Part shown: in pieces, positions 1 through 12,954 of the stretch
How positions within the stretch are numbered: the stretch's first letter is position 1
Layout of the letters: every line of letters begins with the position of its first letter
Source: Zootoca vivipara
Taxonomy: Eukaryota
NCBI RefSeq assembly: GCF_963506605.1
Contig: NC_083278.1
Location: 89,776,001 to 89,840,000, forward strand
Length of the DNA: 64,000 bases
Direction: 5' to 3'
Program-made: the position numbers and the translations under genes
The notes under the pieces: model-generated
The model's input: the letters and a program-made list of their open reading frames with translations, nothing else
Told to the model about the DNA's origin: nothing
The model's database searches: none

Positions 1-274
1 TTGCAAATTCCCAAATTCACTTTAGTGGAGGGAAGCAGCTCTGTATGCACATCATTGTATATACAGAGCTGACATTTCCATTAGAAGTCAATTAGAGACC
101 TCTCCTGGTAGTGGTTTCTTGAATCCCAGCATACTCAATAAATAGTTACATAATGAAAGTGGTTTTCATGAATTTTATTGCATAATTTCCCCCCAGTAAT
201 CATGCTTTCTGTGTGACATCAGCGGTATGCTTACATGTCATCAATATCTGGGCAAGTGACTAGAATTGGGACCA

Positions 275-510
275 CAGTGGAAGCTCTGTTGTCGAACGCT
301 TCAGAAGTTGAACGTTTTGGCTTTCAAACACTGACAACCCAGAAGTGAATGCTTCCATTTTCGAACACCTCAGAAGTTGTATGGCTTCCGAGGCATGTTT
401 CTCCATTATTTCAATGGATTTTGCTGACTGCCCATTGCGCCTTGGTTGTCCGTTTCGGAAGTCAAATGGTCTTCCGGGATGGATTACGTTTGACAACTGA
501 GGTTCCACTG
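275..510. mobile_element. Tc1/mariner-type MITE
   Basis: CAGTGGAA...TTCCACTG termini, TA on right flank. Confidence 0.75.
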
Positions 511-841
511 TAGTTCTTTCCTCTTGCATCTCTGTGGCTACCTGCTGCTGGCCAAGAGCCTTTAGTACCTTAAAGTTTAGAGAAGATCATTTCTGTGCAA
601 TTGCTAGAAGTATACATGCAGTCTTTAATTATGTCACCCATTTCAAATTGTTCTCCATTAGGCAATGAAAGCATTATATCTTAAAATAGGTAACAGTCCT
701 GGTGTGTGTGTGGGGGAGGGGGGTGATCCTTTAGTTGCAATATTGTAGCTACTGAGTAGTTTGACCACCGTTTTTTCTGTTGTAGTAATGCTTTATTTTG
801 TTTTCTGTTTAACTTCTGATTCTGTGTGTTTGTTTTTGCAG

Positions 842-1038
842 GTGCCTTTTTAATGATTTTTCTCCTTCCTGGAACTGTATTTTACTTGTTGCTGATGTGT
901 ACTCAGAAAGACCCCAGTGTTCTGAATTTTCCTCCCTCCCTCCCAGCTTTGGAAAGTTTATGGGAGACAAGAGTATTTGGTGTCTTTCTTCTTTGGTTCT
1001 TTCTCCAAGCTCTGTTTTACTTACTCCCAATAGGAAAG
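842..1038 (+). CDS. LBR: LBR coding exon ([10 protein letters not shown]...LLPIGK)
   Basis: gcag|GTGCC acceptor, AAG|gtaaaa donor; 197 nt. Confidence 0.95.
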
Positions 1039-1715
1039 GTAAAACTGTAACTATAAATTTGTATACTGCATTTACAAAAATGCATTTTTATTTTGTGTGT
1101 GTGACAATTTTTAAAAAATATTATGGCTGTCATAAAGCAAAACCAATGAAAATGATGATCTTGAGGGACTATATTTGATGAGAATGATCATTGGAATTTT
1201 CAGTGTTCCTACTACATTCCTGCCAAACAAGAATGTACCCAGTTCTATTTAACATCTATATTATAGATTCTATATGAAACCATTTGGATGGCCTTCAGGA
1301 GATCTGGGGCACTCAGCCCTGTTTCTCTGTTACATTTGAGTTAGGAGTGGCCCAGGCATGCTCTAACCACATGTCTTGATGAACTGGATTGTGACAATCT
1401 CAATCACTCTGGTCTGCAGAGGCAGGCTTTAGGAACCATGCCATGGACTGTAGATGTACATCTAGTTAAAATAGTTAAAAACTATTTTTAATAGTTTTTA
1501 AACTACAGATTATTATGCAATCAGTTTTATATCATGGGGATTATCATGTACAGTAATTGCAAGGTTTAGAATTTCCCCCCTTCTCTTGGCTAAGTGGCTC
1601 TGTTATTCTACAAAATGTAGAAAGGCAAAAATGATTTAAAAATGATTGTTTCCCTATAATTTGCTTTGCTACTCTTGAATCTAGGTGGAAAAGACTTTTT
1701 TCTTTTTCTTTTAAG

Positions 1716-1770
1716 CTTGTAGAAGGGACCCCACTTTTGAATGGAATGAGACTGGAATACAGGATAAATG
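1716..1770 (+). CDS. LBR: LBR coding exon (LVEGTPLLNGMRLEYRING)
   Basis: ttaag|CTT acceptor, ATG|gtaatt donor; 55 nt; not in ORF track. Confidence 0.93.
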
Positions 1771-2264
1771 GTAATTAGGTTTTAAATTCAGCATTACTTT
1801 TGAACTGGTAACCTATTTTGATAATGATCAGTTCACATATTTAAGCAGCATATTGTAATTATAATTATTGAGATTGCAAACATGAGAATATATGGTTCAG
1901 TTATGCCAAATGATGCTTTGGGTTTTCAGCTATATGGTTACAGCTGATTGTCTGCTTTTAATTTTCCACTTGCTTAGTACTTGTATGTAGGTGTGGTAGC
2001 TTTCAGTAATGGGCAATGGCCATAACTATAGTTTGTTTTATACTCCTAGTGCAATATGTGTTTAAATGGGCTAAACTTTTATTACACATATATTGTTGTA
2101 TTTGATTTCTTGTCCTTTACATACTTGATACTATCGATCATTAGATTTGGAGCAAAGTATCACTCCTTTGCTGATGATATCCAGTTCTATTTCATTCCCA
2201 GAGGTGCAAATTTGGCTTTGTATTGGCTCTGGATGGGGTTGTGCTCCCTCTGAAGGAGCAAGTA

Positions 2265-2488
2265 CAGTCGTACCTTGGTTTTCAAACAGCTTAGTTTTTG
2301 AACGTTTTGGCTCCCGAATGCCACAAACCTGGAAGTGACTGTTCCAGTTTGCAAACCATTTTTGGAAGCCGAACTTCCAACAGGGCTTCTGTGGCTTCCC
2401 AATCAGAAGCTGTGCTTTGGTTTCTGAACATTTTGGAAGTCAAACGAACTTTTGGAATGGATTCCGTTCAACTTCCAAGGTACGACTG
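2265..2488. mobile_element. Tc1/mariner-type MITE
   Basis: TA|CAGTCGTACCTTGG...CCAAGGTACGACTG|TA. Confidence 0.85.
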
Positions 2489-3000
2489 TACAGAGTTTGG
2501 GGGTGCTTGCTAGATCCATCACTAGAGACCTAGCTGACCTCAGTGGCTCAGGTCATCCATTACTAGCTAGGGGTGGTGTGCCAGCTACAACCATGCCTTG
2601 ACACGGATAGCCTTGCCAAGGTGTAACATGAGTAACCTTACAATTAGTCTCATATAACATGCTATATGTTGGGCTGCTAGAATGTTTAGTAGGACTCTCA
2701 GTTTTGAAAGCACTGGCTGCCTATTAGCTACCAAGTCAAGCTCAAGGCTTTGCTTTTGACATTTAAAGCTCAAAACATCTTGGAACTGGAATACATAGCA
2801 GGCTGTCTTCCCCAGTACAGACCTAGCCAATCTCTTAATATCTTCCAAGGATACCCTCCTGGTCATGGCACAACCAGCACATGGTCGTATGGTGACACAG
2901 TGAAAGGAAACCAGTAGATAATAGCACCCACTTTCTGGAAACGCCCCCCCCTGTGTAATTTGTGAGACAAATACAGTAATTACCACTTTAAAATGTATGT

Positions 3001-3187
3001 CAGAGCTTTCCAAACTGTGTTGCGACACATTAATGTGTCGGCTGCAGTGTGCAGGTGTGTTGCGCAAACACTCTTATAAGGGGTTAGTTTAACCTCCAGT
3101 GTGCTAGTGAAACTGAATTACTGTGTCACGAAATGATGCATGTAAAAAAAAAGTGTGTCAACAACATGAAAAGTTAGGAAAGCTCTG
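3001..3187. mobile_element. hAT MITE
   Basis: CAGAGCTTTCC...GGAAAGCTCTG TIRs; 8-bp TSD atgtatgt/gtgtatgt. Confidence 0.8.
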
Positions 3188-3657
3188 GTGTATGTGTTTA
3201 GCCAAGCTTGCCCAAAAGCTTTCTGTTTATTTTTAACGAGGGAGGGCAGGGTTGGGGGGGGGGCGGCTAAGCATTTGAATAAATTTTATTGAATGTTGCA
3301 TTATTGTTATTTTTCATGTAAGCAGCTTAATTTTTTTATTATATTAAATGGATTATTTTTTATATAAATACAGTATGTCCCTTTGGGTTCAGTGTAGTTA
3401 ATTCCAAGGTAAATGAATACAGAATTGCAGCCTTAGGGTTTTACATTGTGTATAAATATTGCCAAATTGGAAACCTTAAATACAAAGATGTCTGGCATAA
3501 AATTTTCTACCAGAGCCCACTTTATTAAGATGATTTAATTAGGAAAATGATTTTCAGTGTTTCTATGCATTCACTTTCTTAAGTGTGTTTTAGAGTAGTG
3601 ATTTTTTTTTTTACTTGTGTCTCACAATAATCGCCTGTGTTTTTTTTCTCCTTCAAG

Positions 3658-3852
3658 GATTCTATGCTTTTATCTTAACAGCTGCAACTGTAGGAATTTC
3701 TCTATATTTTGAAATGGAGTTTTCCTATATATATGACCATTTCCTACAATTTGCTGTCTGTGCTACAGTTTTTTCTGTGGTGTTAAGCATTTATCTCTAT
3801 GCCCGTTCATTAAGAGCATCCGAACAAGAATTGTCACCTGGGGGGAATTCTG
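3658..3852 (+). CDS. LBR: LBR coding exon (FYAFILTAA...SPGGNSG)
   Basis: caag|GA acceptor, CTG|gtaagt donor; 195 nt. Confidence 0.95.
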
Positions 3853-4374
3853 GTAAGTGTTCAATTGTGGAAGCATTCCGTGCTTGATTTATTTTATTTT
3901 TTGTCCTTATGCATTTCTGTGTGTCAAAAGGACTGTCATTACGAACTACATTAACCTCTGTTCCTCTGCTCCATAGTCTCTGTCTTGGGGCTTTCAGTAA
4001 AACACTAAGAGGAATCATGCATTTAACTTCAAATGCATTTTATTTCAGAATGTTTTGTCTGATTTAATCAGCTCATGCTATTTACATAATTACTAATTTA
4101 ATTTGCATGTACCTTGATAAAAAGCATTCTTATTGGATTGTGTGCTCCTGTAAATCAAACTCATTACATAGAAGAATGTGTACCCACTTTTCTTTTCAGT
4201 GTATTTTAAGAATATGGGACAAGTTTGGCATAAGTATGTGTTGTAAGAGGTTCTAGACAAAAATCCTGTCTGACATTAATTTCAGTGGGACTACTTTAAG
4301 TGTGACTTGGATAAAACCCAGTAACAGTACAGTAGCCAATATTACACTGTGGTCCAATTTATTTTTATTTGTAG

Positions 4375-4478
4375 GGAATATATTTTATGACTTTTTTATG
4401 GGACGTGAATTAAATCCTCGCATCAGAAATTTTGACCTGAAATACTTCTGTGAGTTACGACCAGGGCTAATTGGCTGG
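4375..4478 (+). CDS. LBR: LBR coding exon ([15 protein letters not shown]...RPGLIGW)
   Basis: gtag|GG acceptor, TGG|gtgagt donor; ERG4/ERG24 family motif GRELNPR. Confidence 0.96.
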
Positions 4479-4903
4479 GTGAGTAAGCGTTTAGATCTAT
4501 TCTTGCATCATCTTTGATTTTACAAATAAGACAACTAAGTTCTTAAAATGAAAAATGTATTGCAGGAAAAGACTGCAAAATACTGGAAACAATACAATAT
4601 TATGATGACACTATATTGTATACTACAAACAGCAGCATTATCATGGCAGCATTAGTTGTACAATATTCATAGTTGCAAGTATATCTCATTTTACATAGCT
4701 GTTTAATTTATAAAAGTTAAAATACAAATATGGGAAGATAAATAGAAGGTTAAAGGGAAAAGAGCACACACTAGGTCAAACTCTGCTTATACATGGCAGG
4801 AGAAAAATGCTTTGAAATGAAGTTAACATTGAAACTTTTGTTACTCTTTCACCAGAGTTGTAAGATAAAAGTTGATTTTAATGTGCAACTTAATTTTTTT
4901 AAG

Positions 4904-5029
4904 GTTGTTATTAATTTGGCAATGCTGTTGACTGAGATGAAAGTGCAACATCTGAATATGCCATCTTTGTCCATGATTCTGGTTAATAGTTTCCAGCTCC
5001 TTTATGTGGTGGATGCACTTTGGAATGAG
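4904..5029 (+). CDS. LBR: LBR coding exon (VVINLAML...VDALWNE)
   Basis: ttaag|GTT acceptor, GAG|gtaatg donor; 126 nt. Confidence 0.95.
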
Positions 5030-6095
5030 GTAATGTTTATGGCTATTTGGTAGGAATATTATTATTATTTTGGCCTCCTTTTGGAGTTTTTAAAAGATGT
5101 GGTGTATTTCTGCAAACTTTGTGGTTCCTCTAATTGTGCTAGTGCCTCCCTCATGTTTCTCAGTATCCCCATTTTGGTCATGGAGAAAACCATCTCTTTG
5201 ATATGATAACAAGCATATGATTGGCTCATCATCACAACAATTGGCTGAAAAACATTGTGGGCTAGGCTGTTCATGAAATGTTTGAGGAAATTGTTGTATA
5301 ACTTGTTCCGCTCTGTCAAGTGAAAGGGGTTGCATCTTTCTGTAGACTGCATATTAGTGGGCTTCTGCGGTCTTCCCTATGGATGCCAAAAACCAGACAC
5401 CTTTCCCAACACCTGAAGCAACCTTCAGTGGCAGGGAAGACTGCTGTGGGCATTGGGGAAGGCATTTGGCTGTGTCTTGTGTGCTACCTGGTCTGCTATC
5501 TCAGAAGAGATGCCAGATCTTCTAGCTCTAGCAGTCTTGCTCTAAGGGTTGACCACAGAATGAGCCCAGGCACAGTGTCTGCCTGCTGGCTCTTCTTTCT
5601 TTGACAGGATGAGGGCATCAAGGATACAGCCCACAAAGTGGTTTCAGTTTTGGAATCTTGTACATTCTGTGGTAGCAATGTACTGTACAAGATTGGCTAA
5701 CTTTCTTAGCCAAAAGGGTGAAGCACAAAATAGGTGGCTGTGCATTGGGGCAGGTTGTCTTGGGGGTGTGAGTGTGAATGAGATAATGGATGGATGAATG
5801 GGGTAAGGGTTTTTGTGTGAATGGGTGTGATGTTTATGAGTGAGAAACTGGTACTAGTGTGAGAGAAGGGGAAGCAGTTTTTCCTGTTTTGGCTCTCATC
5901 TGCCCATCTAGATAGCCGAATTGTAAAAGGCATTGAGAGCTCTTTGCTGATTTTTAGAAAAGTGTAAATTCAGTATATGTGTGCTTTGCTGCATATTTAA
6001 CATGTACACAACCCTAACAATACAATATAGCTAATTTTTTTTTGCCATTAACAAAAAATCAAATAAGTACTAATTTAATTCGTTTAACTTTTTAG

Positions 6096-6264
6096 GAAGC
6101 TATTCTGACAACAATGGACATCATCCATGATGGTTTTGGGTTCATGCTAGCGTTTGGAGACTTGGTGTGGGTTCCTTTTCTCTACAGCTTGCAAGCCTTC
6201 TATTTAGTGAAACATCCAAATGAACTTTCTTGGTTATCAGCTTCTGCAATTGTAGCCTTGAATA
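6096..6264 (+). CDS. LBR: LBR coding exon ([27 protein letters not shown]...)
   Basis: ttag|GAA acceptor, ATA|gtaagt donor; 169 nt. Confidence 0.96.
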
Positions 6265-6451
6265 GTAAGTGGCAATTAAAACAAAATACTGCTTTACTTA
6301 AAAGCAATCTGGATGCTTTCAGGGAGTGCTTAATAGATTGAAAATATTTGAATAAATGCTGAAAATCAATCAATCATGGAGTAAGAAAAATAAGCAGAAA
6401 AAATACAAAAATTACAAAATCATATAAGCAGGCCCGATAAGCAACAAGTTA

Positions 6452-7640
6452 CCGTATTTTTCGGACCATAACACACACTCCCCCCCCTAAAACAGAAGGT
6501 GAAAAGTCACTGCGTGTTATGGAGCGAAGGCACGGACGGCAGTGGATCCCTCGAGCGGAGGGATACGTACGTCTGCTGACAGAGCCATAGCTCTCAGCCG
6601 TAGGGGAGCAAGGAGCAGCCCCCGCTCCTCCGCGGCCCCCATCAGCGGCAGAAAGTGTGTGTGTGTGGGGTGTGACAAGCAGCCTGAAATTGGGCTTTCT
6701 CCGCTCCCTCCAGGGCCCCCCGCCAGCAGCAGAAGGTGCGGGGGCGAGAAGCAGCCCGAAATCGCGGCAAACGAGGGAAGGGGTACCAGGTCGCTCAGCT
6801 GCTTTAACGAGAGAGAGAGAGAGATCTCAAAAGATCCTGCTGATCGGGGCATTGGGGAAGCGCAGCTCAGCTGCTTTAACGTTTGTGTGTGTGTGAGAGA
6901 GAGAGAGATCAAAAGATCAGCTACTTAGGGCATTGGGGAAGCTTGCCGGCAGAGCTCTGCAGCTCAGCTACTTTGGTGTGTGTGTGTGTGTGAGAGAGAG
7001 CGCTCAAAAGATCGTGGGCTGATTAGGGCAGTGGGAAAGCTTCCCAGTATCGCTCTGCAGCTTAGCTGCTTTGAAGTGTGTGTCACGTCAACACACACAG
7101 CCATTGAGTTTATTCAACACCCCAACCCCTTTATTTGATTCAACACCCCCTACAAACACACACACACACACCTTGACTTGATTCAACACACATACACACA
7201 CAGCCCCTTGAATTTATTTAACACCCCATTTATTTGATTCAAAACGCACACACCCCTACAAACACACACATACACACCTTAACTTGATTCAACACCCAGG
7301 AGAGCAAGCCCAAGCTTGCTCTGAATGTGAGAGGGTTTTGTATATGGGGCATCAAAAGCAGCAAAGGATACATGCATTTGGAACCATATGGAGTGCATCT
7401 CTCCCCCCTCATTAGAGAATAATAACTGGGACTAGCCGTAAAAAGTCACAGATCAGAGACTAAATCCAGCACTAAATCTCACACTGTGCCAGCCTCCTCA
7501 CCGCTCTGCCGGCAGCCTCCCCTTTCCCATGAAGCCCCGGGAAGGTTTGGGAGCGGTGGACAGGCTGTTCGCTGTTGCACCGCGCTCATAATATTTTTTT
7601 CTTGTTTTCCTGCTCTAAAAACTAGGTGCGTGAAATACGG
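6452..7640. mobile_element. Tc2-like non-autonomous DNA transposon with internal tandem repeats
   Basis: TA|CCGTATTT...AAATACGG|TA; GC-rich interior with repeated gctcagctgcttt/cattggggaag units and (CA)n-containing units. Confidence 0.75.
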
Positions 7641-8774
7641 TAACAATTCTGTCATATTTTTTGTAAATAAGCAAAACTACAGTGACAAATTAAAATATCC
7701 AATTTAACCAAATACCTTAGTAAAAATCAAACACAAATCATTCATACAGGCTAAACAACCAATGATCTTAGCAATGGTTCTCACATTGTTTTTCACTTAA
7801 GTCACCCACTCACTCCCCATTACTCACACAAAGAGGGTCCCACTCTGTGCCAATGGACTCTCACCCTGTAGCTTTTGACTAAGTTAACACCTTTCACCCC
7901 CACTCTCCAACCCATTCAGACTCTCACCCTGAGTGGTATGAATTGTTGCCCACAAGCATCCACATCAAAAAATTCCCACCCCATGTCCCATAGAAATAAC
8001 AAAGAAAAAACAAAAGAAAAAGAGGGTGCAGTAAGTTACAGCTGGTTTTTCTTTTGTGGGCCTCAAGGTTGGAAAAGCTCCTTGCCAACATACAGGTGGA
8101 TTTACTCTCCTCCCATATCTCTTCTTATTAAGCCAGCAGAATTAACCTTCAGGTCTCCTGAAGGAATAATATTTCATTGTCGGTTGAGAAAGCCCTTTCC
8201 TGACCCAAACTGGTGATGTTAGTAAATCAAGTAATTTTTAGAGAGGGTGTTTGCCATCAGAACCTTGTGAGTGTCATTGTTCAATAGCATTTCTTCAAGG
8301 TGGAGTAGCTATAAAAACTACAAATAATTCTCCATCTCTATTTAATGTTGTATAGCAGTGGCTTTCAACCAGTGTGCTGTGGCACCCTGGGGTGCCTTGA
8401 ATGATAGTCAGGGATGCCGTGGGCAACTTTCTTTCTTTCCTTCCCTCCCTCCTCTGAGGCCCTCTAGTGTCTCTGCCTCCCAAAGCCTTGTGCAGCTGTT
8501 TCTTGCAGCAGCCCTGGCTACAAGCTCCCCAGGTGAATGGTGCCTCTGGGGCTGGCCAGGGGTCCTCCAGAGCTGAGGCAGCCTCACAGTAAGCAAGTAA
8601 ATTTGTAATATCCACATCAATTGTACTCATGACTAGAAAACTGGACAATAAATAGATGCCCAAGAATGTTGCTCTTGTCATTGTTATTAATGTAAAATTG
8701 GAAAGACAATGGACTGTGTGCTGTTGGCAAGTTCTGTGAGGAAATAATAGTTGCTTATTCTTTATTTTTTGAAG

Positions 8775-8855
8775 TTCTTGGCTATTGCATTTTTCGTGGT
8801 GCCAATTCACAGAAAAACATATTTCGAAGAAATCCGAAAGATCCAAAAGTTGCTT
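8775..8855 (+). CDS. LBR: LBR coding exon ([26 protein letters not shown])
   Basis: gaag|TT acceptor, CTT|gtaagt donor; 81 nt; not in ORF track. Confidence 0.94.
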
Positions 8856-8964
8856 GTAAGTACTGCTTAGGCAAATTGGTTTTCTGTCAGTGCTTTCTAT
8901 ATATTACACAGTGTGTTCTCTTCTGCTGAGTACAAATCATACTTATTTGTATATCATCATACAG

Positions 8965-9087
8965 ACTTGAAAGTTATTCCCACTGCAACTGGAAAAAACC
9001 TCCTGGTCTCTGGCTGGTGGGGCTTGGTGCGCCATCCAAACTACCTTGGAGATATCATCATGGCTCTAGCTTGGTCCTTACCATGTG
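8965..9087 (+). CDS. LBR: LBR coding exon ([29 protein letters not shown]...LPCG)
   Basis: acag|AC acceptor, GTG|gtaaga donor; sterol reductase signature [16 protein letters not shown]. Confidence 0.96.
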
Positions 9088-9477
9088 GTAAGATAGTAAA
9101 GTGTCTTCTAATGAAATCTTGCATTTTTTCATGGGTGGCGGGCCATCATGTGGGTGATACTTCACCACCTATTGTCCAAGGCAGAAAACAATTAAGAGTT
9201 GACTTCAAGGCTGCTTCCTGCCCTCACTTAAACCGTTCATTCAGGGTGGAACTATTCAGCTTGGACATTGGCCTTGTGAATTTGTCTGCGTGTGAGAGAG
9301 TGCAATCCTATTGTTTAATTTGTGTTTTTGCCTCTGACCTCTATTTTTCAAATTTTTACCAATGGTTGTTATTAACTGAGATATTAGACTTCTTAATATC
9401 TCTGGATGGTTGGGAGAGAAATTCATTTTTACAGAACATGGGATCTAAAACGGGTGAGGAATCCGGCCATCCATATA

Positions 9478-9689
9478 CAGTGGTACCTCGACTTACGAAG
9501 GCGATCCGTTCTGTGGTGCTCTTCGTAAGTCAAAACCTTCGGATGTTGAAGCGTCCATTTTGCGCCTGCACGATTTTGTGCTACTGCGCAGGCGCAGAAT
9601 GCACACGCGGCAAAAATACTTCCGGGTTTGCTGACTTCGTAAGTCGGAACCTTCGGAAGTCGAGGCATTCGGATGTCGAGGTACCACTG
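9478..9689. mobile_element. Tc1/mariner-type MITE in last LBR intron
   Basis: TA|CAGTGGTACCTCGAC...GTCGAGGTACCACTG|TA. Confidence 0.88.
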
Positions 9690-10083
9690 TATTGCTGAAC
9701 TACAGCTTTCATCACCCTTGACTATAGATCATGCTGTTTGCGACTGATGGGAGTTGGGAGTCCAATAGCATGTGGAGAACTATATGTTCCCCACCCCTGA
9801 TCTAATTGAAAATTGTCGTAAGATCATGGCTAGGTGGGATAATACACCATAAGTATATTGTTCTGTTTGTCTTTTTGACAGTAAGTTCTTTTTTTCTTTA
9901 TCACCATAGAAAACAGAGAGAAAATAAATCATGACTTGTACTCACAAATATAATGTTCAAGCTTGAAATTTAATATTAAAACCTAGTCATAAAATTTTAA
10001 CGTTAAAGTGATGAACAAAAAAACCCCTTCTTTACCTTTTCAAGTGTAGAGTGGAAAAAATAACTGTTTATGTGTTCTTACAG

Positions 10084-10244
10084 GGATCAACCACATCTTA
10101 CCATATTTCTATGTCATATACTTTACCGGTTTGCTTATTCATCGAGAAGCCCGTGATGAACGTCAGTGTAAGAAAAAATATGGCTTAGCATGGGAAAAAT
10201 ACTGTCAACGTGTACCATATCGTATATTTCCATATATCTACTGA
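10084..10244 (+). CDS. LBR: LBR final coding exon (INHILPYFY...HREARDE...RIFPYIY*)
   Basis: acag|GG acceptor; TGA at 10242-10244. Confidence 0.96.
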
Positions 10245-12310
10245 GTGTCTTCAAACTGGTGGATAATGCACAGCTTCTGCAGTCAAATCTTCATTGCAAT
10301 AAACCACATACCTCATACCATTGCACTTGGCATACATTAGTTCTGCAAAATTTTCTTAAAAATTGTGATCAAATAGTAAAGCTGCAGATACCTTTACCAA
10401 AAGTCTTTTCTATATATTTTTAGCCATCTCCCTATTTCAAATTACACACTTCAGTTAAGCAATAAATTAGTTGTATAGCACATGAAAAGCCTGTCAAGCA
10501 ATGTATATGCTTTGTGAAGCAGTCTGGATAATGTTAATTATCTGTTCTGGACATAGGAAAGACCATTTTAGGGTTTAGTGCTGAAGATTTGCTTGTTTTG
10601 TGTAACTTTTGTATTTTTCATTCTTTGGGCTAACTTCAGAGCTGTTGGCCAAAATGCACCAGAAAATAGTAAACATTACAAAGTCCAATGAAGAGTGACT
10701 TCCGATGCTACAGCTTTCTAATCATAGTAGTTCTCACTCAGGTCTGTATCTTATAACTGGTTCTCTCAGGCTGAATCCCTAGTGGCAGTTGCAGAAGCAG
10801 GAGTTGCTTCTAGGGGAGCAAATGCACAGGAGTTGCTTCTCTACCCCTTCCCTCTGGAGAACAGAATCCCATTTTAAGTCTGAGTGATGGTTGTCATGCC
10901 TCTTGTAATAGTATTCCTTATACTATGTGCTCTAAAAAGTACGTTGATTTAAGAGAATATTTTAAAATCCCTTACAGCTCATTCTTTGAGAGTCTCAGAC
11001 CTCAAGAAGTGCAAGTGACAAACAATGATACAGGGTGTGGCATGTTGTACAGACTATGAAAAAATAGGCAGTTTTTTCAGCTATTATAAACCATTGCTTT
11101 GTACTATAGCTTTTCTTTATATTGTAACATTGAAAGATTTTGTTGTACAGTGTTTTGAGTATAAGATGCAATTCTTTTTTTTTTACTAAAACCATTTCCA
11201 GTATTTTTGAAAAGTTTTATAAAGTAATGTATTGCTATGAAATTGAGTTGAACAATTGAAGTGCTCATTTAAATATTGCAATGACAAATGTGTTATGGAA
11301 GTATATGAAATTTATTCAAAGTTTTGTGAATTGGCAGTGCTACCTCAAATGTAGGGTATTTTGCCTTTTTATACTGTTGAAAGTAGGAAAAATGCTAATT
11401 TTTCAATTTGCTATTTAAAGCAGCTTTTTAACATGATTAAAGTTAACCACTTTAATTGAACTTTTTAACAAATGTATTTTTGTATATTTGAGTTTTCATA
11501 GCAACTCATGCTATGTGGTTTTATGCTGTTTGTAGCAGAACATCTATAAATTTTTATTGAATAGTTTTTTACTGAATTGGCTATAAGGTGGAATTATTTA
11601 CCTAAATGGAAGGAATAATTGCCATTTTAATATATTAAATTAGAAAGCAGGTCTGTTGAAATTTTTACAGCTGATTAAAATTATCCATTTAATAATAGCA
11701 AAGTACCCATTTTTAATTTGACTATATTTTGCATTTATGAATTTGTAGCATAGTTCTTGATAACAATTGTTTTCAGTTTAATATAGTTAAAATGCATGAT
11801 TGTGGATCACTGTAGGGCTTACTTAACAAATGCCCATATCCCCGTCTAACCAGTCCCCTTTGGAACATGAATAGCCTTGAGTGATGGGGATAACAGCACT
11901 CTTACGCCCTATGGGGATCCATATTGTACTCTGTATATTTTTATGAGCCATTTTAGTTACTGCTGTACAAGATTGTAAAATGAATGTGTGTTATGTGGCA
12001 GAAATGATCATGACAACTTTCTTTAGCTTGCATAACTTCTGTTTAGAGCAGAAAAAATCCTTATAAACATTGAGTGCTTCAAATTGTGATTTGTTATGCA
12101 AAGAAAATTGTAGAAATACCACTATTTTCGTATAATTCTAAAATATCTTCTAAAGGAAAATGAGTAATCTTTTTATATGAGCATGTTCTCCCAGGAGTGT
12201 GGTTCCTGACTAATATAAACTGCAACTTTTCATGTTTGTTACACCTTTTTACATCTAAAATGTACTCTGTAGATTGAACTTCATAAAAAGGACCTTGCAT
12301 AATTAAAATT
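10245..12310 (+). other. LBR: Probable LBR 3' UTR (end uncertain)
   Basis: AU-rich, repeat-poor stretch after the stop; AATAAA at 10298 and 10461, ATTAAA at 11436, 11634, 11674, 12302. Confidence 0.5.
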
Positions 12311-12683
12311 TAATCTAGAAATGATTTTGTGCAGATGTAATTATTTACTTGGAAGAGACTTCTAACATTTTTGTTTGAATATATAAGTAGCTCTGATTGA
12401 AGATGTATCTGTGTCCTGGGATAGTTTAAGTTTGTAAGAGTTCTAGCTGAGTTTAGGTGAATTACATGCAATCTACCCAGAAAGAGGTTGAAAAGCAACC
12501 TCTAGCTCACACTCCTCAGGAAATAAATACACATATGATCTCCCATATTCATTTGAGCCCTTCTCCTACTACAGAGGTGGAAAACTCAGGGCTGATTTGT
12601 CATGTGGGCAAACTTCCATGGTTGCATGATAGTGGTAAATGGAGTAAGAGGTAAAAAGTGCAGAGCAATAGATATGACTCGTA

Positions 12684-12921
12684 CCGTGTTTCTCATATTA
12701 TAAGACATGTCTTATATTTATTTTTTCCTCAAAAAAACACACTATGGCTTATTTTCAAGGGATGTCTTATTTTTTTCCTCTTCCTGCTGCTGCGGCGGCC
12801 AGCATTGCTGCTGCGCCTATCACTATGTCTTATTTTCGGGGTATGGCTTATATTCCTTGAATGCTTAAAAATCCTGCTATGGCTTATTTTATGGGTATGT
12901 CTTAAAATATGAGAAACAGGG
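12684..12921. mobile_element. Tc2-like MITE
   Basis: TA|CCGTGTTTCTCATATT...AATATGAGAAACAGGG|TA; repeated ggcttatttt units; related to 48833-49241. Confidence 0.8.
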
Positions 12922-12954
12922 TACTATTTGTTCAGTAGGAATGCTACAGATTTG

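Larger units (their letters stand above)
842..10244 (+). other. LBR: Lamin B receptor gene, 3' part (9 coding exons; 5' exons lie upstream of the window)
   Basis: Spliced translation reproduces the LBR sterol-reductase domain ending ...[10 protein letters not shown]; exon sizes 197/55/195/104/126/169/81/123/161 join in frame; tail-to-tail with DNAH14 as in human. Confidence 0.97.

Noticed and set aside
6517-6928. Overlapping 128-131 aa ORFs on both strands
   Set aside because: Lie in the GC-rich repeat interior of a MITE; no recognisable protein
8295-8846. 183-aa ORF antisense to an LBR exon
   Set aside because: Non-ATG start, crosses a hAT remnant, no protein-like motif
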